Position numbers and translations under genes: made by a program
Shown: positions 17,179 to 27,811 of the stretch, piece by piece
Numbering within the stretch: position 1 is the stretch's first letter
Layout of the letters: each line of letters starts with the position of its first letter
The notes under the pieces: model-generated
Told to the model about the DNA's origin: nothing
Database searches by the model: none
The model's input: the letters and a program-made list of their open reading frames with translations, nothing else
Assembly: GCA_963813535.1 (NCBI GenBank)
Contig: CAWEZH010000002.1
Location: 1,632,001-1,696,000 of the forward strand
Source: an uncultured Chloroflexia bacterium
GTDB taxonomy: Bacteria; Chloroflexota; Limnocylindria; Limnocylindrales; CSP1-4
DNA: 64,000 bases
Direction of reading: 5' to 3'

Positions 17179-19387
17179 GGTCGGCGACGACGACGAGCGC
17201 ATCGACTGCGATCGCGCCATCGGCCGTCGCGATCACGGGGTTGAGGTCGATCTCGAGGACGTCCGACCGCTCGAAGGCGAACGCGGCGACGCCCGCGACC
17301 AGCTCGGCGAGTGCATCTCGGTCGATCGCCGGGCGTCCTCGGAAGCCGTCGAGCAGCGTGGTCCCGCGGAGCTCATCCAGCATCTCGAGGGCGACCGCCC
17401 GAGGGACCGGCGCGAGGCGGACCGCGACGTCGTCCATGACCTCGGCGAGCACGCCACCGAAGCCCACCATCACGCACGGCCCGAACGACGCATCGCGGCG
17501 TGCACCGATGATGAGCTCGACGCCCGGCTCGGCCATCGGCTCGACCAACAGGCCACGCGCGTCGATGCCATGCCGTCGGGCGGCATCGAGAAGGTCTCGG
17601 GCCGCGCCACGGATCGCGTCGTCGCCGCGGAGCCCGAGGCGGACCAGACCGAGATCGCTCTTGTGTGGCACGTCGACCGCGTCGATCTTCAGGACGACCG
17701 CATGGCCACCGAGCGGACGTGCCGCTTCGACGGCTGCGTCCGCGTCGGGGACGGCGACAGCCGGCGTGACGGCCAGGCCGGCCTGACGCAGCAGGTCGAG
17801 ACTGTCCCGCTCGGCGAGTGGTCGCGCGACGGTCGCGTCGGGCGGACGCAGGGCGGCGGTATCGAGGCCGTACGCCGTCGGGTCGGCGGCTAGCGCCGGC
17901 CACGAGGCCCGCCACGGCCCGGAGCCGACGCGAGCATCGTGGCGGCGCTCCCAGCGAGCGAGCGAGCCGATCGCCCGGAACGCCTCGCTCGCACCGCGCA
18001 GCAACGGCGCTCCGCCTCCCTGCTCGTCGAGGACGGCCTTGGTCTCGGGTGGCGGCTCGCCCGATGTCAGCGACACGTAGACAGGCAGCAGCCACGGCCG
18101 GTCGCGCGTCGCGTCGAGCAACGCGCGTGTCACCTCGTCGGCGGTGGCGACCTCGGCAGCCATCGATCGATACGGAAAGTCGTGGACCTGGACGAGCACG
18201 TCGTACGCATCGGACGCCGCCATGGCCTCGAAGACCACGCCGTATGCGGTCGTCGCGTCCGCGGCACCCCACGGGTCGAGCGGGTTTCCGATGAAGCCCA
18301 TCGTCGGGAGAGCCTCCATGATCCGGTCGCGCGCAGCGCTCGGGATCGGCGGCAGGTCGAGTCCCGCGGATGGCGCGAGATCGGCGATGAGCGACGCTTC
18401 GCCGGTGCTGACCGTCACGACGCCCGTCCGCCCACGCCCGATGCCTCGACCCGTCCGCCGGATGCCCTCCACGAGCTCTGCTGTCTCGAGCAGCTCGTCG
18501 AGGTCCGCGCAGCGGATCACGCCGGCGGCATCAAGGGCGGCGTCCGTCGCGCGGGCCTCGCCCGCGAGCGAGCCTGAATGGGCGACGGCTGCAGCGCGTG
18601 CGTGCTCGCTCCGGCCGACCTTCACGGCCATGATCGGCTTGCCGAGCTCCAGGGCGCGATCCGCCAGCGCCAGGAACCGCTCAGGGCGACGGAACCCCTC
18701 GAGGAACAGGATGACCGAGGTCGTCTCCGGGTCGTCGAGGCAGTAGGCCAGGTAGTCGCAGACGTCGAGGACGACCTCCGATCCGCAGCTGATGATCCGG
18801 CTGAAGCCGACCCGCGACCCCGACTGGACGAACGCGTCGGTCACGGATCCCGACTGCGCGATGCCGGCGACGCCGCCACGGGGCAGGTATGGCGAAACAT
18901 CGCCGATGTAGCTCGACGAGTTCACAGTCAGGTCGATGACACCCATGCAGTTCGGCCCGACGAGCGCCAACCGATGTCGGCGGGCGATCTCGGCCACCTC
19001 TGCCTGCATGGCGGCAGCGGCCGCCCCACCCTCGACGACACCACCACCAGGGATGATCACCGCAGGGATCCCCGCATCGGCCGCGGCCTGGGTGACGGTG
19101 GCCGCGCGGAGCGGGTTGAGCGCGACGAGGGCGATGTCCGGTCGCTCCGGCAGCTCGGCGAGGGATGGGTAGCACGGCTGGCCCAGCAACTCGTCGTACT
19201 TGGGGTTCACGAAATGACAGCGTGTCGCGCTGCCCATGAGCTTGAGGTTGTCGCGGACTGTCTCGGCGATCCAGCTCCGGCTCGACGCGCCGACGATCGC
19301 GATCGAGTCCGGCCGGAATACGGGTCGCAGGTCGATCTCCCCGGATCCAACGAGCGGTTCAGTGGCGGTCATCGCCGGCTCCGTCAT
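17171..19387 (-). CDS. Acyl-CoA synthetase (NDP-forming, acetate--CoA ligase family)
   Basis: SIAIVGAS, VGPNCMG, AQSG, AHSGSLAG (catalytic His), HKSDLG, EIDLNP; ATG 19387 in an ATGA overlap. Confidence 0.9.
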   Translation of the reverse strand: MTEPAMTATEPLVGSGEIDLRPVFRPDSIAIVGASSRSWIAETVRDNLKLMGSATRCHFVNPKYDELLGQPCYPSLAELPERPDIALVALNPLRAATVTQAAADAGIPAVIIPGGGVVEGGAAAAAMQAEVAEIARRHRLALVGPNCMGVIDLTVNSSSYIGDVSPYLPRGGVAGIAQSGSVTDAFVQSGSRVGFSRIISCGSEVVLDVCDYLAYCLDDPETTSVILFLEGFRRPERFLALADRALELGKPIMAVKVGRSEHARAAAVAHSGSLAGEARATDAALDAAGVIRCADLDELLETAELVEGIRRTGRGIGRGRTGVVTVSTGEASLIADLAPSAGLDLPPIPSAARDRIMEALPTMGFIGNPLDPWGAADATTAYGVVFEAMAASDAYDVLVQVHDFPYRSMAAEVATADEVTRALLDATRDRPWLLPVYVSLTSGEPPPETKAVLDEQGGGAPLLRGASEAFRAIGSLARWERRHDARVGSGPWRASWPALAADPTAYGLDTAALRPPDATVARPLAERDSLDLLRQAGLAVTPAVAVPDADAAVEAARPLGGHAVVLKIDAVDVPHKSDLGLVRLGLRGDDAIRGAARDLLDAARRHGIDARGLLVEPMAEPGVELIIGARRDASFGPCVMVGFGGVLAEVMDDVAVRLAPVPRAVALEMLDELRGTTLLDGFRGRPAIDRDALAELVAGVAAFAFERSDVLEIDLNPVIATADGAIAVDALVVVADHG

Positions 19388-20559
19388 CCAACCACCCGAT
19401 CCACCCCGCGCCGCTCCAGTGCGCGCGCGATGATCAGCCGTTGGATCTCCGACGTCCCCTCCCAGATCCGGTCGACGCGAAGCTCCCGGAAGAACCGTTC
19501 GGCGGCCGTCTCGCGCATGTAGCCGCGGCCACCGAAGACCTGGACGACCCGGTCGGCGCAGCGGAAGGCCGCCTCCGACGCGAACAGCTTCGCAAGCGAC
19601 GCCTTGGCATGGACGACCTTCGGATCGGCGCCGCTGTCGGCCAGGACCGCCGCCTCGCGGGTCAGCAGTCGGGCGGCGGACGCATCCGCGGCGGAATCGG
19701 CCAACGGGAACGACACGCCCTGGAAGTCGTAGATGCGCTCGCCGAACTGGACGCGCTCCCTGGCCCAGGCCACGGCCTCGGTCAGGAGACGCTCCATCGC
19801 TCCGCTGCAGCGGGCCCCGATGTGGATGCGTTCCTCGACGAACCACTCGTTGGTCAGCTCGTCCGCTCGGCCGATCCCGCCGAGGACCGCCGACGCCGGC
19901 ACGCGCACGTCGTCGAGCACGAACTGCGGGTGCCGGTCCGCGAACGTGTGCATGTACGCCGGGTCGTGCGACATGGTCAGGCCATTCGTGTCGTAGTCGA
20001 CGAGGAACAGCGTCGGCTTGCTGTCGTCGCCGTCGACGACGTTGCAGTGGAAGATCATGAAGTCGGTATCCGGCGGCCCGGTGACGAACCATTTCTCGCC
20101 GTTGAGGACGTACTCGCCGGTCGACGGGTCCTCGACAGCAGTGGCGGTGAGCGCCCGGGCGTCGGACCCGGCGCCCGCCTCGGTGATCGCGTAACTGCCA
20201 TTCCGCTCGCCCCGAAGGCTCGGCTCGAGATAGCGCGGCCGCTGCTCCGGATCGCAGTGGATGAGCGCGTTGTAGCCGCCCGGGATCAGCCCCCACAGCC
20301 CACCGGTGACCTGGCCGAGCTGTTCGTGGACCAGGACCTGCTCGAGAAGGGTCCAGCCCTGACCGCCGAGCTCGAGCGGGAAGCTGCCGCCGTGCAGGTC
20401 CGCGGCGATGGCCTTCGCCTTCACGTCGCGAGCGAGCTCGGGGTCGATCCGCCCGCCAGCCGTCTCGAAACCCACCTCCAGCGGCTGGAGCACCTCACGG
20501 GCGAACGAACGCGCACGAGCCTGGAGCGCGAGCTGGTCCGGGCTCAGCGTGAGGTCCAT
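19384..20559 (-). CDS. Acyl-CoA dehydrogenase
   Basis: AITEAGAGSD, LNGEKWFVT, RVQFG, QVFGGRGY, RIWEGTSEIQR; CATCCT 7 nt before ATG 20559. Confidence 0.95.
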   Translation of the reverse strand: MDLTLSPDQLALQARARSFAREVLQPLEVGFETAGGRIDPELARDVKAKAIAADLHGGSFPLELGGQGWTLLEQVLVHEQLGQVTGGLWGLIPGGYNALIHCDPEQRPRYLEPSLRGERNGSYAITEAGAGSDARALTATAVEDPSTGEYVLNGEKWFVTGPPDTDFMIFHCNVVDGDDSKPTLFLVDYDTNGLTMSHDPAYMHTFADRHPQFVLDDVRVPASAVLGGIGRADELTNEWFVEERIHIGARCSGAMERLLTEAVAWARERVQFGERIYDFQGVSFPLADSAADASAARLLTREAAVLADSGADPKVVHAKASLAKLFASEAAFRCADRVVQVFGGRGYMRETAAERFFRELRVDRIWEGTSEIQRLIIARALERRGVDRVVG

Positions 20560-20714
20560 CGCGGCAAGGATGGCGCACGCAGTGGGCCCGCTCGGCCCGA
20601 TGTCGCAGGGCACGGGACGGTCCGCTGAACGAGGAACCCGGCCTTCCGGTATCGTCGGCGGGCCCGGGGGGACGGTCGCACGATCGGACCGGGGGAACGC
20701 GGAGCGGAGGAAGC

Positions 20715-22316
20715 GTGGCTTCGAGCACGGACGAGCCCCAGGGCACCTCCGCGGCCCTGGACCCGGGGACCGAGGGCGTCACCGACCCCGACGCCGGACG
20801 GTCGGCGAACCGCCAGCAGATCCGCGGTTCGAGTCTGCTCCTCGTGGGCCGGATGATCGGGCTGGCCCTCGACTTCGTCGCCCAGGTCCTGATCGTCCGC
20901 TACCTGGAGAAGACCGAGTACGGCGCATTCGCGCTCGCGATGTCGATCGTCGCGATCGGGACCACGGTGTGTCTGCTCGGGCTGGAGCGCACGGTCGGCC
21001 GGTTCGCCCCGATCTACCAGGAAAAGGGCGACCTGGGACGGATGTGGGGGACGATCGCCGTGGTCGTCGTGACGGTCATCACGATGGGTCTGGCCGTCAT
21101 CCTCGGCGTCTACGCGTTCCAGGGCGTCCTGGGCGGGCTGGTCAAGAACGAGCTCGCGCTGTCGATCCTGCTGCTGATGATCGTGCTCGCTCCGCTGCAG
21201 GCCCTCGACAGCCTCCTGATCTCGCTGTTCGCGACCTTCGGTTCGGCCCGCTCGATCTTCCTCCGGCGGTATGTCTTCGCCCCGGTGCTCCAGCTCAGCA
21301 TCGTGATCGCGCTGGTCGCGACGGGGAGCGGCGTCCGCTTGCTGGCGCTGGGCTACGTCGTCGCCGCCGCGGTCGGCATCCTGATCTACACCGTCGTCCT
21401 GCTTCGGATGTTGCGGAACCAGGGGCTGCTGGCGGAACTGCGGCGCGACACGATCCGACTCCCGACGCGCGAGATCTTCGCCTTCTCGATCCCCCTGCTC
21501 GCGTCTGACCTCGTGATGGTCCTGCGCACATCGCTCACGGTCGTGCTCATCGAGGTCCTGCGAAGCACCAGCGAAGTGGCCGAGTTCCGTGCGGTGATGC
21601 CGATCGCGATCCAGAACCTGTTCGTCGCGACGAGCTTCCGCTTCATCTTCACCCCGGGAGCGTCGCGGCTGTACGCGCGCGGCGACCAAAAGGCACTGAA
21701 CGACCTCTACTGGCAGACCGCGGCGTGGATCGCGATCCTGAGCTTCCCGCTATTCGCCCTGTGCGTCGGTTTCGCCGAGCCGCTGACGGTGCTCCTCTTC
21801 GGCCCCCAATACCAAGGAGCCGGCATCGTCCTCAGCATCCTGTGCGTCGGCTACTACGTGAACGGGGCACTCGGCTTCAACTCGCTCGTCCTGCGCGTGT
21901 TCGGCCGGGTCCGGTACCTGGTCACGGCCGACCTGATCACGGCGGCCGTCAATATCGTCGTGGCCGTGCTGCTGATCCGCCAGTTCGGGGCGGTCGGTGC
22001 CGCGATCGCGACGACCGGGACACTCCTGGTCCAGAACGCCGCCTACCAGTTCGGGCTCAAGAAGGAGACGTGGGTTGCGGCGGTCGACCCCCGCTACATC
22101 CGGCCCTACGCCTCGATCGTGGTCGGCACGATCGTGGTCGTGGCGGTCGCCGTCGCGGTGCACCCCCCGTTCATCCTGGGCATCGTGCTTGTCGGGATCG
22201 TCTCGGCCGTGGTGTTCGCGCTCAACCGCCACTCCCTGCAGATCGTCGACACCTACCCCGAGCTCGGGCGGTTCAGGTTGATGCGACGACTCTTCGGCGA
22301 CCCGTCGGCATCGTGA
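20715..22316 (+). CDS. Oligosaccharide flippase (Wzx/MOP family)
   Basis: GGAGG SD; about 14 TM helices; RYLEKTEYGAF, FSIPL, FGAVGAAIAT. Confidence 0.9.
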   Translation: MASSTDEPQGTSAALDPGTEGVTDPDAGRSANRQQIRGSSLLLVGRMIGLALDFVAQVLIVRYLEKTEYGAFALAMSIVAIGTTVCLLGLERTVGRFAPIYQEKGDLGRMWGTIAVVVVTVITMGLAVILGVYAFQGVLGGLVKNELALSILLLMIVLAPLQALDSLLISLFATFGSARSIFLRRYVFAPVLQLSIVIALVATGSGVRLLALGYVVAAAVGILIYTVVLLRMLRNQGLLAELRRDTIRLPTREIFAFSIPLLASDLVMVLRTSLTVVLIEVLRSTSEVAEFRAVMPIAIQNLFVATSFRFIFTPGASRLYARGDQKALNDLYWQTAAWIAILSFPLFALCVGFAEPLTVLLFGPQYQGAGIVLSILCVGYYVNGALGFNSLVLRVFGRVRYLVTADLITAAVNIVVAVLLIRQFGAVGAAIATTGTLLVQNAAYQFGLKKETWVAAVDPRYIRPYASIVVGTIVVVAVAVAVHPPFILGIVLVGIVSAVVFALNRHSLQIVDTYPELGRFRLMRRLFGDPSAS

Positions 22317-23602
22317 ACGAGGACAGCCAGCGGCGATCGCGGGTACCGCCCGAGTTCGAGTCGCTTGCCTACCTGTACCAGCCGGCCGACCCTGCCATCG
22401 AGTCCGCGATCGTCGAGGCCGATGAGCGATGGCTGGTGCCGGACGCGGTCGACGACGCGGTGGACGTCGTCCTGTGGGGGCGGCTGGCCCGCAACGAGCG
22501 ACCGTCGGCCGGTCTCGTCCCGATCGCGATCCGTCGCGAGATGGCGATCGCCCGGCTGCGCACGCGACCGCCCGGACGTCTCAGCGTCGCCGCCCTGCAT
22601 CGACTCCCGCCGGTGCGCCGGCCGGGGCTCATCCGGGGACCGATCCGCGCAGCGACGCTCGGCGGTGTCCTCGTCGAGATGGTCCGGCGGGGCGGTGCCG
22701 GCGGCGATCGACCGACGCGCGTGATCGACGCGGTCGTGACGGCGGCCGGATCGGACCCGCGTGGGCTTCGCCTTCGACCCAGCGGCGACGGGTCGGCGCT
22801 CGCTCGACTCACGCTCGCCGACGGCACCGAGGCCGAGCTTCGAGTCGCCAAGGCCGGGCATACGAAGGACCCGGCGCGAGGCTATGCGGGACTGCGAGCC
22901 CTGGAGAGCGCCCGCGTGCCCATGGTCCCGAGACCCCTCGGCGGCGGGACCACAGCCGGCGCTGCGTGGTCTGCCGAATCGGTCATGACCGGCGTGCACG
23001 TGCAGGCGCTGACGTCCGACCTCGTCGACCAGGTCTCGACGTTCCTTGCTGTCCTGCCGGTGGGCACCGGCCCCCGCCAGGCGATCGACGACCACCTCGA
23101 GGAGGTCGCCGAGTTCTTCCCGGAGCACGCAGCGGCACTGAAGAGCGTCGCCGAGGCCGCCGCCCGATGGAGCGCCGGGTTGCGACCTGTGCTGATCCAC
23201 GGCGACCTGTGGCTCAACAACCTCTTCACGGTCGATGGCCGGCTGACCGCAGTGTTCGACTGGGATACGTGGCACCCGTCCGGTCTGCCCGGCACCGACC
23301 TCCTCACGCTGCTGGCGGCGGAGGCGCGCACCCGTGAGCGGCGTGATATCGGACCCCTGCTGGTCGAGGACTACTGGAAAAGCCAGGAAGTCGTTGACGC
23401 GTTCACGAACTACTTCCGGTCACGCACGTGGCCTGTCCCGGACGCGGCCGGGCTCGCGGCGATCGCGACCGGCTGGTGGGCGAGCCGGTTGGCCAGCTCG
23501 CTGCACCGGGCGCTCCGGCAGATCGACGATCCGGCGTGGGTGCAGCGCAACCTCGTCGACGCGCTACCGCGGTTCGAGCAGCTGGCGCGCGAGCTGGGCT
23601 GA
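22313..23602 (+). CDS. Aminoglycoside-phosphotransferase/choline-kinase-like protein
   Basis: HGDLWLNN and VFDWD motifs; GTG 22313 overlaps the flippase stop (GTGA). Confidence 0.8.
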   Translation: MNEDSQRRSRVPPEFESLAYLYQPADPAIESAIVEADERWLVPDAVDDAVDVVLWGRLARNERPSAGLVPIAIRREMAIARLRTRPPGRLSVAALHRLPPVRRPGLIRGPIRAATLGGVLVEMVRRGGAGGDRPTRVIDAVVTAAGSDPRGLRLRPSGDGSALARLTLADGTEAELRVAKAGHTKDPARGYAGLRALESARVPMVPRPLGGGTTAGAAWSAESVMTGVHVQALTSDLVDQVSTFLAVLPVGTGPRQAIDDHLEEVAEFFPEHAAALKSVAEAAARWSAGLRPVLIHGDLWLNNLFTVDGRLTAVFDWDTWHPSGLPGTDLLTLLAAEARTRERRDIGPLLVEDYWKSQEVVDAFTNYFRSRTWPVPDAAGLAAIATGWWASRLASSLHRALRQIDDPAWVQRNLVDALPRFEQLARELG

Positions 23603-23609
23603 GCCCCGG

Positions 23610-24431
23610 CTACTCGATGACGAGGTCGGGCGGAACGTCCTCGGCGACCGGCGGGTAGCGCGGCTTCAGGTCAGCGATGGTGTCGGCCAGGATCGACGCC
23701 ACCGCGAGGTTGCGGAACCACTTCCGGTTCGCCGGGATGACGTACCACGGGGCGGCGTCGGTCGACGTCTTGCTCAGCGCGTCGTCGAACGCCGCCTGGT
23801 AGTCATCCCAGCGCTTGCGTTCCTCGAGATCGCCCATCGCGAACTTCCAGCGCTTCGCCGCGTCGTCGTAGCGGGCCTGGAATCGCTCGCGCTGCTCGTC
23901 CTTGTCGATGGCCAGGAAGAACTTGACGATGGTCGTCCCGTTGGCGGCCAGGTGCCGTTCGAATGCGTTGATCTGGTCGTACCGCTCCGCCCACACCTTG
24001 CGGGGAACGAGCCCGTGGACGCGAACCACGAGGACCTCCTCGTAGTGGGAGCGGTTGAAGATCCCGATCTCGCCCTTCCGGGGCATGGCCTTGTGGACAC
24101 GCCAGAGGTAGTCGTGGGCGAGCTCCTCGACGCTCGGCACCTTGAACGAGGTGACCGGGCTGCCCTGCGGGTTGAAGGCCGTCATGACCTTCTTGATGGT
24201 GCCGTCCTTGCCCGCCGCGTCGATCCCCTGCAGGACGACGAGCACCGCCCGCTTCGCCTCGGCCCAGAGGCGGTCCTGGAGCTCGGTGAGGCGCTCGAGC
24301 TGTCGGGCCGTCTCCGGTTCGGCCGCGACCTTGTCCCAGCCGGACGTCTCGCCGTGATCGCGTCGCGAGAGCCGCACCCGCGTGCCGGGCGTGGCGCGCA
24401 ACGAATCGCGCAGGTCGGGGTGGCGGGCCAT
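23610..24431 (-). CDS. ppk2: Polyphosphate kinase 2 (class III-like)
   Basis: QGIDAAGKDG, HDYLWR, FNRSHYE, PWYVIPANRKW; GAGGT SD before ATG 24431. Confidence 0.93.
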   Translation of the reverse strand: MARHPDLRDSLRATPGTRVRLSRRDHGETSGWDKVAAEPETARQLERLTELQDRLWAEAKRAVLVVLQGIDAAGKDGTIKKVMTAFNPQGSPVTSFKVPSVEELAHDYLWRVHKAMPRKGEIGIFNRSHYEEVLVVRVHGLVPRKVWAERYDQINAFERHLAANGTTIVKFFLAIDKDEQRERFQARYDDAAKRWKFAMGDLEERKRWDDYQAAFDDALSKTSTDAAPWYVIPANRKWFRNLAVASILADTIADLKPRYPPVAEDVPPDLVIE

Positions 24432-24514
24432 CGACATACCTCGGCTGGCGGGCGGACGGTGCATCGGTCGTATGATGCGACCCTAGCCCATCGCGCAGCG
24501 CAGGAGCGCACGAC

Positions 24515-25960
24515 ATGACGGTCGCGACCGGTACCAAGCCACATCCGATCTTCCTGGCCGGTCGATGGGTCGATTCGCCCGACATCCTGGAGGTGGCCAA
24601 CCCGGCCGACCCGGCGAACCCGGCGGGGTCCACCTACAACGCGACACCCGAACAGTACGAAGAGGCCGTCACCGCCGCGGTCGAGGCGTTCGAGGTCACG
24701 AGGACCCTGCCCGCGTACGAGCGCGGCCGGATCCTGCGCGAGATCTCGGCTGGCATCAAGACCCGGCGCGAAGAGCTGGGCCGACTCATCGCGCTCGAGG
24801 CGGGCAAGCCGATCCGCGATGCGCTGGTCGAGGTCGATCGGGCGACGCTGACGTTCAGACTCGGCGCCGAGGAGGCCGAGCGCATGACCGGCGAGCTGAT
24901 CCCGCTCGACCTCATGCCTGCATCCAAGGATCGCGTCGGCATCACACGACGGTTCCCGATCGGACCGATCGCCGCGATCTCGCCGTTCAACTTCCCGCTC
25001 AACCTCGCGGCGCACAAGCTGTCGCCGGCGATCGCCAGCGGCAACACGATCGTGCTCAAGCCACCGTCCAAGGACCCATTGACGATGCTCACCATCGCCG
25101 AGATCGTCGAGGCCGCCGGCGTCCCGGCAGGGGCGGTCAGCATCCTGCCTATGACCCGCGAGCTCGGCGACCGGATGGTGGCCGACGATCGATTCAAGCT
25201 GCTCACGTTCACCGGCAGCCCATCCGTCGGCTGGCGGATGAAGGAACGTGCGGGCAAGAAGAAGGTCGTCCTCGAGCTCGGTGGCAACGCCGGCGTGATC
25301 GTCGACACGACCGCCGACCTCGACTGGGCCGTCAAGCGGACGCTCATCGGCGCGTACGCGTACGCCGGTCAGGTGTGCATCAGCGTGCAGCGGATGTTCG
25401 TCCACGAAGCGATCTGGGACTCGTTCATGGAGAGGTTCCTGGCCGGTGTGGCGGACCTCAAGGTGGGCGACCCGCTGGACCCGACCACCGACGTCGGGCC
25501 GATGGTCGACGAGCACCAGGCGAGCCGCACGCAGCGCTGGGTGGATGAAGCGGTGGCGATGGGTGGCAAGGTCCTCGCCGGTGGCACGGCGCAGGGCACG
25601 TTCTTCCCGCCGACGGTCCTGACCGACGTGCCGGTCGCGGCACAGGTCTGCAGCAACGAGGCCTTCGCGCCGTTGGTCGTGGCATTCCCGTTCAGCGATC
25701 TCGGCGACGCCATCGCGCGCGTGAACAATTCGATGTTCGGGCTGCAGACCGGTGTCTTCACCAACGACCTGACCGGCGCCTGGAAGGCATTCAACGAGCT
25801 CGAGGTCGGTGGCGTGATCGTCAACGACATCCCGACCTACCGGATCGACCACATGCCCTATGGCGGGGTCAAGGACTCCGGACTCGGTCGGGAGGGGCTG
25901 CGCTGGTCGATCGAGGACATGACCGAACTGCGCATCATGGTGCTCGCCCAGCCATCTTGA
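24515..25960 (+). CDS. Aldehyde dehydrogenase family protein
   Basis: PFNFP, FTGS, ELGGN, GQVCIS, PYGGVKDSG. Confidence 0.95.
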   Translation: MTVATGTKPHPIFLAGRWVDSPDILEVANPADPANPAGSTYNATPEQYEEAVTAAVEAFEVTRTLPAYERGRILREISAGIKTRREELGRLIALEAGKPIRDALVEVDRATLTFRLGAEEAERMTGELIPLDLMPASKDRVGITRRFPIGPIAAISPFNFPLNLAAHKLSPAIASGNTIVLKPPSKDPLTMLTIAEIVEAAGVPAGAVSILPMTRELGDRMVADDRFKLLTFTGSPSVGWRMKERAGKKKVVLELGGNAGVIVDTTADLDWAVKRTLIGAYAYAGQVCISVQRMFVHEAIWDSFMERFLAGVADLKVGDPLDPTTDVGPMVDEHQASRTQRWVDEAVAMGGKVLAGGTAQGTFFPPTVLTDVPVAAQVCSNEAFAPLVVAFPFSDLGDAIARVNNSMFGLQTGVFTNDLTGAWKAFNELEVGGVIVNDIPTYRIDHMPYGGVKDSGLGREGLRWSIEDMTELRIMVLAQPS

Positions 25961-26000
25961 CCGGGAGTGTCTTGGGCCGTATCGGGGCGCCTGCTGTCGG

Positions 26001-26693
26001 CTACGAGCCGGTGCGATCGAGCCCGTGGCGGATGGCGTAGCGGGTCAGTGCGTTCATCCCCTTGACGCCGAGCTTCTCGGACACGTTGGCCAGGTGACGG
26101 CGGACCGTGTGGATGCTGATATCGAGCGCCTCGGCGATCTGCGCGGGCGAATGCCCTGACGCGAGAAGGCTGAGCACCTCCCGTTCGCGGGCGCTCATCG
26201 TCCCACCTTCGTAGAGACGGATGGAGTCCTCGACGACCGTGTTGGTCACGCTGCTGTGGAGGTAGCGCTCACCGCGCGCCACGGCGCGGATGGCATCGAC
26301 CAGGTCGCGCGACTGGGCGCCCTTCACGAGATACCCGACGGCTCCCGCGGCGAGGGCCTGGCGGACCGTCTCCGGGTCGCTGTGCATCGTCAGGACGATC
26401 ACCCGCAGGGAGGGCTGCCTGACCCGAAGGGCACGGAGCAGGGGGAGGGCGTCGCCCTCCGGGAAGGTCAGATCGAGCAGCAGGACGTCGGGCTTCTCCG
26501 CCACGACCAGGTCGATCGCCGAGGCGTGATCGGAGGCCTCGCCGACGATCTCGAAACCGGGCTCGTTCTGAAGGACGAGGCGCAGACCCTCCCGGATGAG
26601 GTGGTGGTCGTCGACGAGGGCGACCCGGACGACGCCGGCGATCCCGGCCGTCGGCGGCCGCGGCCGGTCGACCCCCCCTTCGGTTCCCATCAT
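26001..26693 (-). CDS. NarL/FixJ-family response regulator
   Basis: VDDH, LLLDL, YLVKG receiver and SAREREVL LuxR HTH. The true start may be slightly downstream. Confidence 0.93.
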   Translation of the reverse strand: MMGTEGGVDRPRPPTAGIAGVVRVALVDDHHLIREGLRLVLQNEPGFEIVGEASDHASAIDLVVAEKPDVLLLDLTFPEGDALPLLRALRVRQPSLRVIVLTMHSDPETVRQALAAGAVGYLVKGAQSRDLVDAIRAVARGERYLHSSVTNTVVEDSIRLYEGGTMSAREREVLSLLASGHSPAQIAEALDISIHTVRRHLANVSEKLGVKGMNALTRYAIRHGLDRTGS

Positions 26694-27778
26694 CGCGCGA
26701 TGGTCGCCGTGGTCTCGAACTGCACGTCGCGCGTCGGCGGCGGGCGACGTGCGGGAACGACCACCTCGACCCGCGTGCCGTCGCCGGGCCGCGATCGGAC
26801 CTCCACGGCCAACCCGTGGATGCTCGCGCGCTCCTGCATGCCATCGAGACCGAGACCGCGCTCGCGCGCCGACTGGTCGAAGCCGACGCCGTCGTCGCCG
26901 ACCATCAGCCGCACCGAGTCGGTCATCACGTGTGCCGCGATCCAGATCGTGTGAGCGTGGCTGTGCCGGGTGGCGTTGCCGATCGCCTCCTGGACGATCC
27001 GGTAGACGTCGATCTCCAGCTCGGGTTCGAGCAAGCCGGGTGGCAGTGCGGCCGGATCGAAGCGCACCTCGACCGGCACTCCGGCCATGCGGGCAAGGTT
27101 GGCCAGGGCGGCCCCGAGGCCCAACTCGTGCACGCGGGTGGGACGCAGCTTGGCGGCCACCTGGCGCGTTTCGGCGAGCGCAGACGACGCGAGCTCGCGC
27201 GCGCGAAGGACGCCCGCTTGACCACCGTCCGCGTCAGCCTTTCGTGTTGCGGTGATCTCGGTGTCGGCAGCATCGAGCGTCAGGATAACGGCGGTCAGTG
27301 TCTGGCCAACGCCGTCATGGAGCTCGCGCGCGAGGCTCGCGCGCTCCTCCTCGTGGGCGGTCACGAGGCGCTCGCTCGCCTGGCGGTAGAGCTTCGCGTA
27401 GTGGCGCGCGGAGGTGGAGACGCGATCGGCAAGGACGGCCACGATCACCGCGATGGCGACCATCAGCGGCCACTCGGTGAACTCGACCTGCTCCTCCGTC
27501 GCTGGCACCCCGACAGCGTCCGAGACCGCGATGTAGACGACCATCACGCCGGCTGCCACCGCGATGCGCCAGAGGGCCGCGACCAGGCCGTACAGGAATG
27601 CGCCGATGGCGACGATCAACCACAGGCCCTGGAGCAGGATCTCCGCATCGGCCAATCGCAGGAACAGACCGATCGCGAACAGCCCGCATGTGAGGTCCAC
27701 AAGACGGCGCAGCAATACCGGGTCCAGGTTCCCGACCCGTGATAGCCGATGGTCCCAGGCGTTTCCGCCGATGGTCAT
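26690..27778 (-). CDS. Membrane sensor histidine kinase (HisKA_3)
   Basis: N-terminal TM helices, ARELHDGVGQ H-box, QEAIGNATRH, DDGVGF, GLGLDGM. Confidence 0.93.
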   Translation of the reverse strand: MTIGGNAWDHRLSRVGNLDPVLLRRLVDLTCGLFAIGLFLRLADAEILLQGLWLIVAIGAFLYGLVAALWRIAVAAGVMVVYIAVSDAVGVPATEEQVEFTEWPLMVAIAVIVAVLADRVSTSARHYAKLYRQASERLVTAHEEERASLARELHDGVGQTLTAVILTLDAADTEITATRKADADGGQAGVLRARELASSALAETRQVAAKLRPTRVHELGLGAALANLARMAGVPVEVRFDPAALPPGLLEPELEIDVYRIVQEAIGNATRHSHAHTIWIAAHVMTDSVRLMVGDDGVGFDQSARERGLGLDGMQERASIHGLAVEVRSRPGDGTRVEVVVPARRPPPTRDVQFETTATIAR

Positions 27779-27805
27779 CCCTCATCCCCCAAATGATTGA
27801 AGTTG

Positions 27806-27811
27806 AGTATA
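27806..27811 (-). promoter_or_regulatory. Putative -10 box (TATACT) of the two-component operon
   Basis: TATACT in an AT-richer patch about 28 nt upstream of ATG 27778. Confidence 0.5.

Noticed and set aside
17171-20296. Apparent 1041-aa protein, and similar N-terminal extensions at 1156-2679, 9647, 21725, 14881 and 62244
   Set aside because: The extensions are Arg/Pro-rich alternative frames of upstream genes or intergenic DNA; the real starts are marked by ATGA/GTGA overlaps, SD sites or -10 boxes.
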